Assembly: GCF_006345805.1 (NCBI RefSeq)
Contig: NW_021833973.1
Location: 1 to 52,094 of the forward strand
DNA: 52,094 nucleotides
Origin: Octopus sinensis
Lineage: Eukaryota
Direction of reading: 5' to 3'
Shown: positions 22,778 through 35,134 of the stretch, one piece after another
How the letters are laid out: each line of letters begins with the position of its first letter
Numbering within the stretch: the first letter of the stretch is position 1
Made by a program: the position numbers and the translations under genes
Notes under the pieces: model-generated
What the model saw: only the letters and a program-made list of their open reading frames with translations
Databases searched by the model: none
What the model was told of the DNA's origin: nothing

Positions 22778-23299
22778 GGGTGTTTTAAAAACAAAATCCC
22801 TTGAGATAATTGCTCAGCACCAAGCTAACCAATACTCCCCAGTCAGTGTCACCACCAGAAATGCTACAAACCAGGATTTGGCTGTTTCCACTGGGACCCC
22901 GTAAACAACACCCACAGCATTAAAAGTTCACCAATTACAGTATAAAATTCTGAAATCTCACACCACCAAAAAACAAAAAAAAAAGAAGCTGGGTTCAAAA
23001 GATCCAAACGTAGATATGACCCCTTTTTTAAAATTCCCATTACCCACATAACTCTCTCGAGATCCCTCCTCTTCCTTGACACCCCACACAAGAACAAGCA
23101 CTTAATGAAGCTAACGAGAAGTAATTTAAGCAGTTTTAATCTGTATATGATGATTGATGTATAATAGGGGTCGTTAATTGGGGATTAATGGGATAAACAT
23201 GAAAAGGTAAGGAGACAGGGGTTAGATTTAGGGGCCTCTTAGCCTGCTTTCTTTCTTTCCCATCAGGACCAGCTATGCAACCACATGAATCAAGGTGAG

Positions 23300-24230
23300 A
23301 GAAGATGCATAGCAGTCACTCAAACTGTTAAAAATAGCAACCAAATCACCCTCAAATCACACCCATATTTTTTCCAAATACTAAGAGCACATTGGTTGAT
23401 GTAATCCTAGATACACTAAGTCTGAATAAAGGCCAGCCAGGATGGTTACATCTGGGACATCTTTGATCACTGGTTTGCTGAATCAAGACTGACCTGGGGC
23501 TAAACAGTAACAACAAGAGCAGTCACATGAGATGATGTAGTCCTAGGTACACTATGCTTGAATAAAAGACATGATGGTCACGGACGGACCACCTTTGATC
23601 ATTGGGTTACTGGATCAGGACTGACCTGGGGTTAAACAGTAACAACAAGAACAGTCACATAAGACGATGTAGTCCTAGGTACACTATGCTTGAATAAAAG
23701 ACGTGATGGTCATGGATGGAACACCTTTGATCACTGGTTTACTGGATCAGGTCTGACCTGGGGCTAAACAGTAACAACAAGAGCGGTCACATAAGACGAT
23801 GTAGTCCTAGGTACACTATGTCTGAATAAAAGGCATAATGGTCACGGATGGAACACCTTTGATCACTGGTTTACTGGATCAGGACTGACCTGGGGTTAAA
23901 CAGTAACAACAAGAGCGGTCACATAAGACGATGTAGTCCTAGGTACACTATGTCTGAATAAAAGGCATAATGGTCACACATGATCAGGGAAGACCTGGGG
24001 TTAAACAACAACAACAACAACAATAATACAAGGAAGGACACATTAGATAATGGACTCCCAGGTACACTATGTTTGTATGAAAGACATGATGATTACAGCT
24101 GGAGCACCTTTGATCACAGGTCAGCTGGATCAGGACAGACCCGGGGTTAAATAATAATAACAATACAAGGCAGGGCACAATAGATAATGTACTCCTAGAT
24201 AGACCATGTCTAAATAAAATTCAAGATGAT
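23300..24230 (+). repeat. 132-bp tandem array derived from the family E 3' end
   Basis: GACCTGGGG(C/T)TAAACA at 23491, 23623, 23755, 23887 and 23992. Confidence 0.92.
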
Positions 24231-24404
24231 TAAAGAGGTTCCAGCCATGACCCTTCCATCTTTTATTCAGACAATCAACTGTCAATCTGGGACCACATAA
24301 TCTAGATGTGTTCTCCTCTTATTTTAAAAGAGTAAGGTGTAACTTCTGGGAGATTTGGCTGCTATTTCTGGCATGTGGGGTACTTCATATGCTCAATCAT
24401 CTTT

Positions 24405-24760
24405 TACTTGCTTCATTCAATGGACCGTGCCCAAGCTGGAGCACTGCCTTCATGGGTTTAATCGAAGAAGTTGACCCCAGTACCTATTTTCAAGTCTGGT
24501 ACTTTTAAGTTATAGGGATGCAAACAAACCAACATCGGTTGTCAAGCAGTGGTGGGGAACAAACACAGTCACAAAGATACACACACACACACATGTATTC
24601 ATACGACGGGCTTCTTTCAGTTTCCATGTACCAAATCCACTCCCAAGGCTTTGGTCAGCTTGAGGCTATAGAAGACACTTGCCAAGCGCGCCACACAGTG
24701 GGACTGAACCTGGAACCATGTGAATAAGAAGCAAGCTTCTTACCACCTAGCCATGCCTGC
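24405..24760 (-). mobile_element. Old diverged family A copy
   Basis: CCAAGCTGGAGCACTGCC...ACATCGGTTGTCAAGC...ACGACGGGCTTCTTTCAGTTTCC...CTTACCAC. Confidence 0.75.
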
Positions 24761-25433
24761 TGTTATTTAAACAAACTAACATCAAGAAGAAAAAGGAAAA
24801 AAAGGGGGCAGGATCTATTGACCCCTTAAAAAGGTTTATCAAATTATAATAATGCTTTTTTGGTTTACTGCATTTATCTGACCCCAGGTTAAACATAGTC
24901 CCCTTTTTTTAATAAAAGGGATTACATACAACCTGTTAAACTGGGATTTCGTAGTGATGGAGGAGGAGGTGAAGAGAGTAGAAGGGGTTACATCAAAAGC
25001 TTATCCTCTCCCTTCCTGTTTTCTTAAGGATCAAGATAAAGGGGGAACCAATTAAGATGAATAGGGGGGAGTTGGGGATGGGTAAGTGGTGGTTGTACTG
25101 GTGGATTGAAAGCCCTGTTCTATTTTCCCCCTCTTCTTTTCATTGTGATTAAGACAAAGGTGTTCGGGTGGGGATAAGGGGTAAGGTAGGAATTCAGTTT
25201 TGGGGTCATTGAGGAAAAGGGACCAGATATTTTTCACATATCCCAACACAAATACATTTGCATGCACACACACACACACACTTGCATGAGTCAGTATACA
25301 TACATACAAACTATGTACGTAACCAGAAACCTGCATACACATGTACCCATGAAAGTATATATATATACTTGCACATATACATGCCTCCACATGAATATAC
25401 ATACATGCACACAAACATGCATGAATGTGTATA

Positions 25434-25795
25434 TCATCATCATCATCAACATTTAACGTCCGCTTTCCATGCTGACATGGGTTGGACGGTTTGACCGGGG
25501 TCTAGGAAGCCATAAGGCTACACCAGGCTCCATTCTGATCTGGCAGAGTTTCTACAGCTGGATGCCCTTCCTAATGCCAACCACTCCGTGAGTGTAGTGG
25601 GTGCTTTTTATGTGCCACCGGCACAGGTGCCAGGGGAGGCTGGCAGCATCCACGATCAGTTGGTGCGTTTTACATGCCACTGGCACAGAAGCCAGTCAAG
25701 ACGCATCGGCCACGTTTGGATGGTGCTTTTTACGTGCCACCGGCACAGGTACCACAACTACAATTTCCGTTTGATATTTATTTTGATGTAGATGA
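25434..25795 (-). mobile_element. SINE-like family C
   Basis: (CAT)nTTAACGTCCGCTTTCCATG...GGATGCCCTTCCTAATGCCAACC. Confidence 0.85.
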
Positions 25796-25838
25796 CTTGA
25801 CTCAATAGGTCTCCTCAAACACTAAATATATATATATT

Positions 25839-25875
<37 letters not shown>

Positions 25876-25878
<3 letters not shown>

Positions 25879-26035
25879 AAATGGATAACTGAACATTGAA
25901 AAATACCAAGAGGACATGCAGAGGAATGTATCGGTTTGATATTCAGTAAAAAGAGAGAGTTTCTGACGTTTCAGCATAGCTCTTGGTCAGAAGGAAAACG
26001 GAAAAGTCCAGCGAAGGAAAAAATATCACCAATAT
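25876..26035 (-). mobile_element. TA-flanked Penelope-end-like fragment with a decayed hammerhead-like core
   Basis: Minus strand 25990-25965 CTGACCAAGAGCTATGCTGAAACGTC. Confidence 0.45.
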
Positions 26036-26040
26036 ATAAA

Positions 26041-26105
26041 TACAGGGTTGGTCAAAAGTCACCTGACAGTAAATCAAAATTCTGTAAATACTTAATACTC
26101 AATTT
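26041..26105. mobile_element. Possible Tc1/mariner terminal fragment
   Basis: TA|CAGGGTTGGTCAAAAGTCACC resembles Tc1/mariner TIR starts; the partner end was not found. Confidence 0.35.
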
Positions 26106-26109
26106 TATT

Positions 26110-26530
26110 AGGATAATGAGCAGGCAGAATTGTTAGCATGCCGGGCGAAATGCTTAGAGGTATTTTATCTGCCGCTACGTTCTGAGTTCAAATTCCGGCA
26201 AGGTTGACTTTGCCTTTGATTCTTTCAGGCTCGATAAATTAAGTACCAGTTACGCACTGGGGTCGATATAATCGACTTAATCCATTTGTCTGTCTTTGTT
26301 TGTCCTCTCTGTGTTTAGCCCCTTGTGGGTAGTAAAGAAATAGGCATTTCATCTGCTGCTATGTTCTGAGTTCAAATTCCGCCGAGGTTGACTTTGCCTT
26401 TGATTCTTTCAGGGTCAATAAATTAAGTACCAGTTACGCACTGGGGGTCGATGTAATCGACTTAATCCCTTTGTCTGTCCTTGTTTGTCCCCTCTATGTT
26501 TAGCCCCTTGTGGGCAATAAAGAGAAATAA
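26110..26530 (+). mobile_element. Two tandem family B SINEs (26110-26342; 26343-26530, 5'-truncated)
   Basis: Both contain TTCTGAGTTCAAATTCCG...GTTGACTTTGCCTTTGATTCTTTCAG...AAATTAAGTACCAGTTACGCACTGGGG. Confidence 0.9.
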
Positions 26531-26999
26531 GACAGATATAAGGTGAATGGACGCGCTTTATACACAAACAGATCAGACAGCCACAGGTAGAAAACCTTTT
26601 GTAATAGATTTGCTCAACCAGGGTCTGACCAAGGGTTAAACAACAGCAACAACAACAACCAAAAGGAATTAACTAATGCCCAATCCACTCGGGTGGGGTG
26701 GGGGTTCTTTTCCCACCCCACTGTTTCTATCTAAAAACCCAAGGCACCACAATTCTTTGTCAGTATTTAGGGGAAACCCTGTTTTATTTTCTTTTGTGTA
26801 AGTGTGTGGTTTGGGGGTATCTGCGAGAAAGGGGTGGCTGAGTAGGGTGGAGATGCAAGAGGAGAGGGGGTGGAGTAGGGGTGGAGTAGGGGTGGCCGTC
26901 TGGGTAGATTATAAAAGAAAGAAATGAGGAACATATGTTGGGACTGAGTGGGGTGGGTTGGTTACAAAGGGAGCTTGGAACTGACATCTGGTTTATATT

Positions 27000-27314
27000 G
27001 GTAGGGTAGTGATGGTGATGGTATGGGGTGGCGGTGGTGGTAGTGGTGATAAGTAGTAGTGGCGGCGGTGGTGGTAGTGGTGGTAGTAGTAGTAGTATTA
27101 GTAGTAGTGGCAGCAGCAGTGGTAGAAGTAGTGATGGCAATGGAAGGGCTGATGTGGTGGTGATGGTGATGTGTGATGGTGGTGGTGGTAGTGGTGGTGG
27201 TGGCGGTAGTGGTAGTAGCGTATGTGGGGGTGGGGATGTTGTGGTGATAATCATAGTGGAGTTGGTAGTGTTGGTGGAGGCCTTGTCCCTCCCCCAACCC
27301 GCGTGTGTGTGTGT

Positions 27315-27351
<37 letters not shown>

Positions 27352-27855
27352 TGGTGGTAGTTGTTGTATAGTGTGGTAGTGATGTTAAAAGTAATAATAG
27401 AGTAACATTGTTTGTAGTAGTAGTTGTAGTAGTAGTTGTAGTAGTAGTAGCAGTGGTGGTGGTAGCGGGGGGGGGATGGCATCAGCAGCAGCAGTAGTAG
27501 TAGTAGTGTTGGTGGTACTAGTAATGGTGCTAGTAGTAGTAGTAGTAGTAGCAGTGGTGGTGGTGGTGAAGATGGTGGTAGCGGTTGTAGTAGTGGTGGT
27601 GGTAGTGGTGGCGGTGGCAGCGGTTGCAGTAGTGGTGGAGGTAGAAGTGATTGTGGCAGTTGTAGTAGTGGTGGTGGTGGTGGTGGTGGTAGTAGTAGTA
27701 GTGGTGGCAGCGCGGTTGTAGTAGTAGTTGTGGTGGTAGTTTTGTGTATTGCCTATGCTGCAGCAGTGGTATGTGTGTGTGCGTATGTTTCCTTGCAAAG
27801 TGTTGGGGGTAGTGTCGAATGTAGTAGTAGTAGTGGTGGTGGTGGTGGTGGTGGT
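27000..27855. repeat. (GTA/GTG/GCA)n tracts
   Basis: Direct reading. Confidence 0.88.
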
Positions 27856-28330
27856 CCTAGCGGCAGTGAAGGGATGCAGAATATAGTGTCCTGTCTCATG
27901 CTGATGCGAGACAAATCTTCAGGATAAGTCGCCAGTCTATAACAGATTAACACTCATCCCCCACACCCCCGCACCGGATGATCTAGTCGTACTATTCCCC
28001 CTCCTTTGTCACAGCCAGATGGGAACTGAGATGATTTAGAATAGAATATTTGTTCACTCACGAAAGCATTGTGATGAGAGATGAAATCTCCTCAAGGATA
28101 GGATGCTAGTCTACCACAAATTAACACTCCCCCAGATGATCTGGTACCTATTATCTGTCCATCACTAGGACTAGATGTGAAATGAGGGTATGTACCCTGA
28201 GGAAAAGGGGATGAGATGCTGTGCACAGGAGGGGTATAAACAGGGTGGATGAATGCTGGGGTGGGGTTTAATGTTTCTCTGTAGGTTAAGTGGAGCCAAT
28301 TCTCAGTTCCTCACACATACACATATATGT

Positions 28331-28361
<31 letters not shown>

Positions 28362-28612
28362 GAGGTGCGTGGCTTAGTGGTTAGGGTGTCAGCATCATGA
28401 TTGTAAGATTGTGGTTTCGATTCCTGGACCGGGCGACGCGTTGTGTTCTTGAGCAAAACACTTCATTCCACGTTGCTCCAGTCCACTCAGCTGGCAAAAA
28501 TGAGTAACGCTGCGATGGACTGGCATCCCGTCCAGCTGGGGGGAACACATACGCCATAGAAACCAGGAAACCGGGCCCATGAGCCTGACTAGGCTTTAAA
28601 AGGGCGAAAAGA
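28362..28612 (+). mobile_element. SINE family D (tRNA head, CORE-like domain, GCGATGGACTGGCATCCCGTCCAG tail)
   Basis: A box TGGCTTAGTGG, B box GGTTTCGATTCC, TTGTGTTCTTGAGCAAAACACTTCA. Confidence 0.8.
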
Positions 28613-28626
28613 AAGAATATATATAT

Positions 28627-28858
28627 AAGGCGGCGAGCTGGTAGAAATGTTAGCACGTCGGGCGAAATTCGTAGCCATATTTTGGCTGTCGTTACGTTGT
28701 GAGTTCAAATTCCACCAAGGTCGACTTTGCCTTTCATCCTTTCGGGGTCGATAAATTAAGTACCAGTTATGCACTGGGGTTGATGTAATCGACTTAATCC
28801 CTTTGTCTGTCCTTGTTTCTCCCCTCTGTGTTTAGCCCCTCGTGGGTAGTAAAAAAAT
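28627..28858 (+). mobile_element. SINE family B, full length
   Basis: AAGGCGGCGAGCTGGTAGAA...GTCGACTTTGCCTTTCATCCTTTCGGGGTCGATAAATTAAGTACCAG. Confidence 0.9.
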
Positions 28859-28879
28859 ATATATATATTTATATACATA

Positions 28880-29111
28880 TACTTTATTTAAAGCAGCAGA
28901 AAATTCAACAAAACGTGTACTCTGAGTTCATCACGTTGCCGTGTCGTCGGACAGTTTTTGCTAGAAAAAACTGTCCAACAAACAGGAACGGGAAACTCAG
29001 AGTAACAGGTTTTGTTGAATTTTCTGCTGCTTTAAATAAAACATATTACTCTACCCTGGTATTTGAGTACTCTTTTTTCCACCTTGTTTCACATTTATGT
29101 GTGTTTACTCC

Positions 29112-29112
<1 letters not shown>
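28880..29112. mobile_element. TA-flanked element with a long nested hairpin; collapsed sister copy at about 35830-35920
   Basis: Perfect 32-bp inverted repeat 28883-28914/29009-29040 plus inner stems. Confidence 0.75.
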
Positions 29113-29150
<38 letters not shown>

Positions 29151-29399
29151 CACACACACTCAGAAATGGAAGTACTCACACACACACACAAATTAAGCGT
29201 ATGTATACACACACAAATTAATTTAAGCACAAGCATACACAGAAATTTAAGCATATATGCAGGCATACACATAAAATACTCACACACACTCCTCCCTCTC
29301 TTTCCTATACAGTCTCACACATGCACACACACTCGAATTTAAGCATACACAAGAATATAACAACACACGTACACGTACACACACATACATGTACATAGA

Positions 29400-30340
29400 C
29401 ACACCTACACTCATATATATATATATATACACACACAACCAAACAAATATACACACACACACATATATATATACACACACACAACCAAACAAATATACAC
29501 ACATACACATATATATATACACACACACAACCAAACAAATATACACACATACACATATATATATACACACACACAACCAAACAAATATACACACACACAC
29601 ACAAAATCTGAACACACATACACACACACAAACAAAGAAATTTAAGTATACACACACTCACAGAAATTTAAGAACACACAGACACACACACACACAGAAA
29701 TTTAAGAACATACACACACACACACACAGAAATTTAAGAACACACAGACACACACACACACAGAAATTTAAGAACACACAGACACACACACACACACAGA
29801 AATTTAAGAACACACAGACACACACACACACACAGAAATTTAAGAACACACAGACACACACACACACAGAAATTTAAGAACATACACACACACACACAGA
29901 AATTTAAGAACACACAGACACACACACACACAGAAATTTAAGAACATACACACACACACACACACACAGAAATTTAAGAACACACAGACACACACACACA
30001 CAGAAATTTAAGAACACACAGACACACACACACACAGAAATTTAAGAACATACACACACACACACACAGAAATTTAAGAATACACACACAGAAATGTAAA
30101 CACACACACACACATACACACACAAACAAACACAAAGGAATTCAAACACACATACACACAAAGAAATTTAAGTATATACACACACACACAGAAATTTAAG
30201 AATACACACACAGAAATGTAAACACACACACACATACACAAAGGAATTCAAACACATATACACACAAAGAAATTTAAGTATACACACACAGAACTGTAAA
30301 CACACACACACAGAAATTCAAACACACATATACACAGAAA
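29400..30340. repeat. Two adjacent minisatellites: (CACACAACCAAACAAATATAC...) and (CACACACAGAAATTTAAGAA(C/T)A), about 30-46 bp
   Basis: Direct reading; about 15 or more GAAATTTAAG units. Confidence 0.92.
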
Positions 30341-31508
30341 TACATGAACACACACATCCATACATCCACCCCCTAATTATCTACATTTGTAGACAGTTTA
30401 AAAAAAAAAACTCCCAAAGCCCAGCCCCTGGCCCTGTTTTTCTATCAGCAAAACTAATTGGGGAGTTTGTAAACATAGAGGAGAGGGCAAGGGCTGCGTG
30501 CAAAGACCCTCTGCAACCCTCTAACCCCCCACCCACCCGGTGTATGGCAGGGGTGGGGGATAATGAGCACGTAATGAGGTCCCTATATATTTATCATTCC
30601 CCCATTAATAATCTGTCTTGTTTGGTGGCGGTGGTGATGGTCGTAGTGGAGGAATGATTTGGGGGGTTTTGAAATTTTATGTGTGTGCGGGGGGGGGGAA
30701 TTTCATATGTGTGTGGGTGTATTAGTGTCTGCATGTATGTGTGTATGAGTGTGGGTTGTGTGGGTGGGTATGTCAGTGTTTGGATGTGGGTGTGTACGTG
30801 TGTGTGTGTGTGTGTGTGCATGTGTACAGGTGTGTGGGTGTATCAGTGCGTGTATGTATGTGTGTGTGTGTTAATACATGTGTGTGTGTGTGTAGATGTT
30901 TCAGTGTATGGATGTGAGCATGTATGTGTGTTTGTGAACATGTGTGTGTGGGTGTATCAGTGTGTGTGTGTGTGTACATGTATATGTATCAGTGTGTGTA
31001 TGTGTGTGTGTGTGTAACAGTATATGTGTGTACGTAACAGATGTGTGTATGTAATAGTGTGTGTGTGTGTAACAGTGTATGTGTATGTGTGTGTAACAGT
31101 ATGTGTGAATGTCTGTGTGTGTATCAGTATGTATGTCTGTGTGTATGTGCAACAGTGTGTGTGTATGTGTGTGTAATGGTGTGTGTATATGTGTGCATGT
31201 AACAGTGTGTGTGTAACAGTATGTGTGTATGTGTGTGAGTGTCTGTGCATATCAATATGTATAGATTCATGTATGCATGTTTGTGTGCATGTAGTAATGT
31301 GTGTATAACTTCACAATCTGCATGTGCATCATTCTATGCATGCTTGGTTGCACGTGCATGTGCACATGTGTATACACCAACGTGTATACACATGTGCATC
31401 AACTCATCATATGCATCCAAGAGACGACTTCTATAGCCTCACGCCAACCAGAGCCTTGTGAGTGGATCTGGTGACCAGAAACTGAAAGAAGCCCATTTTG
31501 TGTGTGTA

Positions 31509-31548
<40 letters not shown>

Positions 31549-31549
<1 letters not shown>

Positions 31550-31889
31550 TTCTCTCCTTATTTTTTCTGTGTCCCTTTCTGTAGAAGAGCATAAGCTCGA
31601 AACGTAAAAGACTTTTTCTATTCCTGAGCGTTATACTAATACATCTGTTTGTTTTCTACACCACCTGTCTTCGTCTTTTGCTTTTTCCGTAAAATCTCCC
31701 TATATATATATATATATATACATACATCCAGACATATATATATTTTTCTCTCGTTTTTTCTGTGTCCCTTTCTGTAGAAGAGCGTTGGCTCGAAACGTAA
31801 AAGACTTTTTCTATTCCTGAGCATTATACTAACATCTGTTTGTTTTGTACAGCACCTGGCTTTGTTTGTTTGTTTTTTTCGTAAACTCT

Positions 31890-31892
<3 letters not shown>
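31549..31892 (+). mobile_element. Tandem dimer of family H (193-bp period) with hammerhead-like cores
   Basis: CTGTAGAAGAGC-(ATAA/GTTG)-GCTCGAAACGTA at 31579 and 31772; both units bounded by (TA)n. Confidence 0.8.
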
Positions 31893-31920
<28 letters not shown>

Positions 31921-32109
31921 CTGTTGAGTCTGGGGAGAGTCATTCTCATTTGGTTCCTTATAATTTAACACACTCACTGGTAAAGTTTCCACTCATTTAC
32001 TTATTTATTTTTCTAAAATTTTCATTGCGTCTTGCAACATTTTCAATAGTTGTTGACTCTGTCCATTATTCAAGCTGCATTCCAAATCCAACTATATATA
32101 TATATATAT

Positions 32110-32217
32110 GGCCTGTTCGCTTAGCCAGCGGGGTGGCGTCATTCGAAGGCTAAAACAATGCGAACGCATTGTGACCAGCGATGTGTAACAACATCTGATG
32201 GTCTGGTCGGTCACGTG
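32110..32217. mobile_element. Short TA-anchored dispersed repeat; second copy at 40515-40624
   Basis: GGCCTG(T/C)TCGCTTAGCCAG...GAAGGCTAAAACAATG...CCAGCGATGTGTA.CAACATCTGAT...GTG(AT)n. Confidence 0.8.
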
Positions 32218-32243
32218 ATATATATATTATATATATATATATA

Positions 32244-32625
32244 GCAGGGGTGGCTGTGTGGTAAGTAGCTTGCTTACCAACCACATGGTTCTGGGTTCAG
32301 TCCCACTGCGTGGCACCTTGGGCAAGTGTCTTCTACTATAGCCTCGGGCCAACCAAAGCCTTGTGAGTGGATTTGGTAGACGGAAACTGAAAAGAAGCCC
32401 GTCGTATATATGTTTGTGTGTCTGTGTTTGTGCCCCACCACATATTGACAACCGATGCTGGTTTGTTTACATCCTCATAATTTCGCAATTCAGCTAGAAA
32501 GTGATAGATTAAGTAGGAGGGTTAAAAAGTAAGTAAGTCCTGGGGTTGATTTATTCAACTAAAACCCTTCAAGGCAGTGCCACAGCATGGCCACAGTCTA
32601 AACGAGTGAAACAAGCGAATGAAGA
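32244..32625 (+). mobile_element. SINE family A, diverged tail
   Basis: Head, short linker, tail CAGTGCCACAGCATGGCCACAGTC. Confidence 0.85.
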
Positions 32626-33529
32626 CAAGAGAACACCCATACACACACACAAATACATGTGTGCATACATCTATAGATCTGCACACTTACATACACACAC
32701 ACACATTCACAGACAAACACACACACATACAGACAGACACACAGACAGACAAGCACACACTCAGACAAACAGACACACAACACACACACACACAGGCACA
32801 CATACTCAAACTGACAGACAGACAGTCACACACATACACACACACTCACACACAGACAAACACACACACACATAAACAGACACACAGACAGCCACGCGCA
32901 CACACACACACTCTCACACAGACAAACACACACACATTCAGACAGACACACAGACAAGCACACAGACTCAGACAGACAGACACGCACACACACACACACA
33001 GAGAGGCGCACACACTCACACTGACAGACAGACAGTCACACTGACACACACACACACACACCCACACTCCAGTGCCTGCATGCTGGTCGCTAAGGTATGA
33101 CTTCAAGGAAATTTGACTGCTATTTCTTGCATGTCAAGCAACAGACATCCTCCTAACTACAGAAGACTGTCCCCACCACCACCAAACCCTAAGACCCCAC
33201 CCTAGCAGTAAAAGGCAGACAATGTAGGAGTGGGGTGGAGCTGAAGAAGAAACTGTAAGGGGTAGCATCAGATTTCAAACCTCCCCGCCCCACCCTACCA
33301 GAGTATCTTCGACCCCTACCATCAACAACTACCCCACTTTCTGCCCTGCCCTGCCCTGCCAGGTCTCTCTAATGGAGTGCAGGGTAGAAAGTCTGGGTAT
33401 TGTAGTCAGCTGTGCATGTGTGGAATAGGGGTGGGAGGGTATTCCAAGATAGATTATCACCTAAAATGTTTTTTTTACAAGAAAATTCAATCTTACACAC
33501 GCATGCACACACACACGTACCTTACCTAA

Positions 33530-33571
<42 letters not shown>

Positions 33572-33859
33572 ACCCTTACCTCAAAAACAACCCCCCCACA
33601 CACACACACACACTCACATACACACACCTACCCTTACCTCAAAAACAAACTACACACATGTATGTGCAACAGCCATACAACACACACACACACACATATA
33701 GATAGGTGGGCAGATAGGTGAATAGATCGGTACATAGGTACATATATATATACACATATACAAACACATAGAAGCATATACTCACACACACATACGTATA
33801 CACACACACACATATATATACACACCCACATGCATACATACATTCACACACATATACAC

Positions 33860-34263
33860 ATTATGCACATAGATACCCATTGACATGTACACATGCTTCT
33901 ACTAACACACACACATACACACACACACATAAGCACAAATAAATACATGCACACACATACACACATACACACACACACACAACACACAACTTTCTCCGCA
34001 TGGAAACAAGAATGGTTGAGGGGGATCTTGAGAGGGTGGCTGGGTGGTGAGATAAATCAACTGAGAAAGAGCCATCTGACATCTTTACCTACCCATCCAC
34101 CCAGACACACAAATGTGACATCATCCTCCGCATACACCCCACCCCCCATATTCTACCCCCACTATACTACCACCACCACACCACACCACCACCAGTACAA
34201 TCCGAGTCATCTGTGAAAATTGACAGAGATTGCGCAGATAACATGTACACACACACACTATAT

Positions 34264-34314
<51 letters not shown>

Positions 34315-34798
34315 TACATACCTAATATATACATACATTCATACATATACATGCATATATATATATACATACATTCATACCATATACATTACATATATAT
34401 ATACATACATTCATACATATACATACATATATATACATACATTCATACATATACATACATATATATAAATACATTCATACATACATACATACATACATAC
34501 ATTCCATATATATATAATATATATACAAACATTACATAGATAAACATATATATATATATGCATACATACATATATATATATATGCATACATACATACATA
34601 CATACATATATATACACAAACATACATATATATATGTATACATATATATATATGCATACATACATATATATACATATATACACACATACATATATATATA
34701 TACATACATCCATACATATATATATATATATATATACATACATCCATACATATATATATATATACATACATACATCCATACATATATATATATATACA

Positions 34799-34829
<31 letters not shown>

Positions 34830-34840
34830 GTATATACACA
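33860..34840. repeat. (CA)n and (TA/TACA)n microsatellite field
   Basis: Direct reading. Confidence 0.85.
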
Positions 34841-34966
34841 GACATGACAGAAGTAAATAGACACCCCATAAAACATCGTTTTATGTTTATTTTAATTTGA
34901 AAAGGTTTATATTTTTTATTAATGGATATTTTTATGCTTCGGGTTCTATATGTGACTGTTTAAATC

Positions 34967-35134
34967 ATGCCATGTACAAAAGAAATCTTGGAACTGTCCA
35001 AATTTCAAAGAGGCCATATTCTGGGTCAATCTGAAGACAGACTTAGTCAGCGTAAAATCACAGAAAACCTTGTGATCCTACTTTCTACAGTTAATAGGGT
35101 GATTGTGCAATTTACCATTTATCAAAGCTGGTAA
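34967..35134 (+). mobile_element. Tc1-like transposase N-terminal (HTH) relic
   Basis: [49 protein letters not shown] matches the Tc1 pattern ELS.FQRG.I.G.......R.IA..L....STV.RV...F; truncated. Confidence 0.7.

Noticed and set aside
23491-23992. Regular 132-bp array (and the 39.3-40.3 kb array) as a CRISPR-like locus
   Set aside because: Whole units are repeated with no unique spacers, there are no cas genes, and the context is eukaryotic
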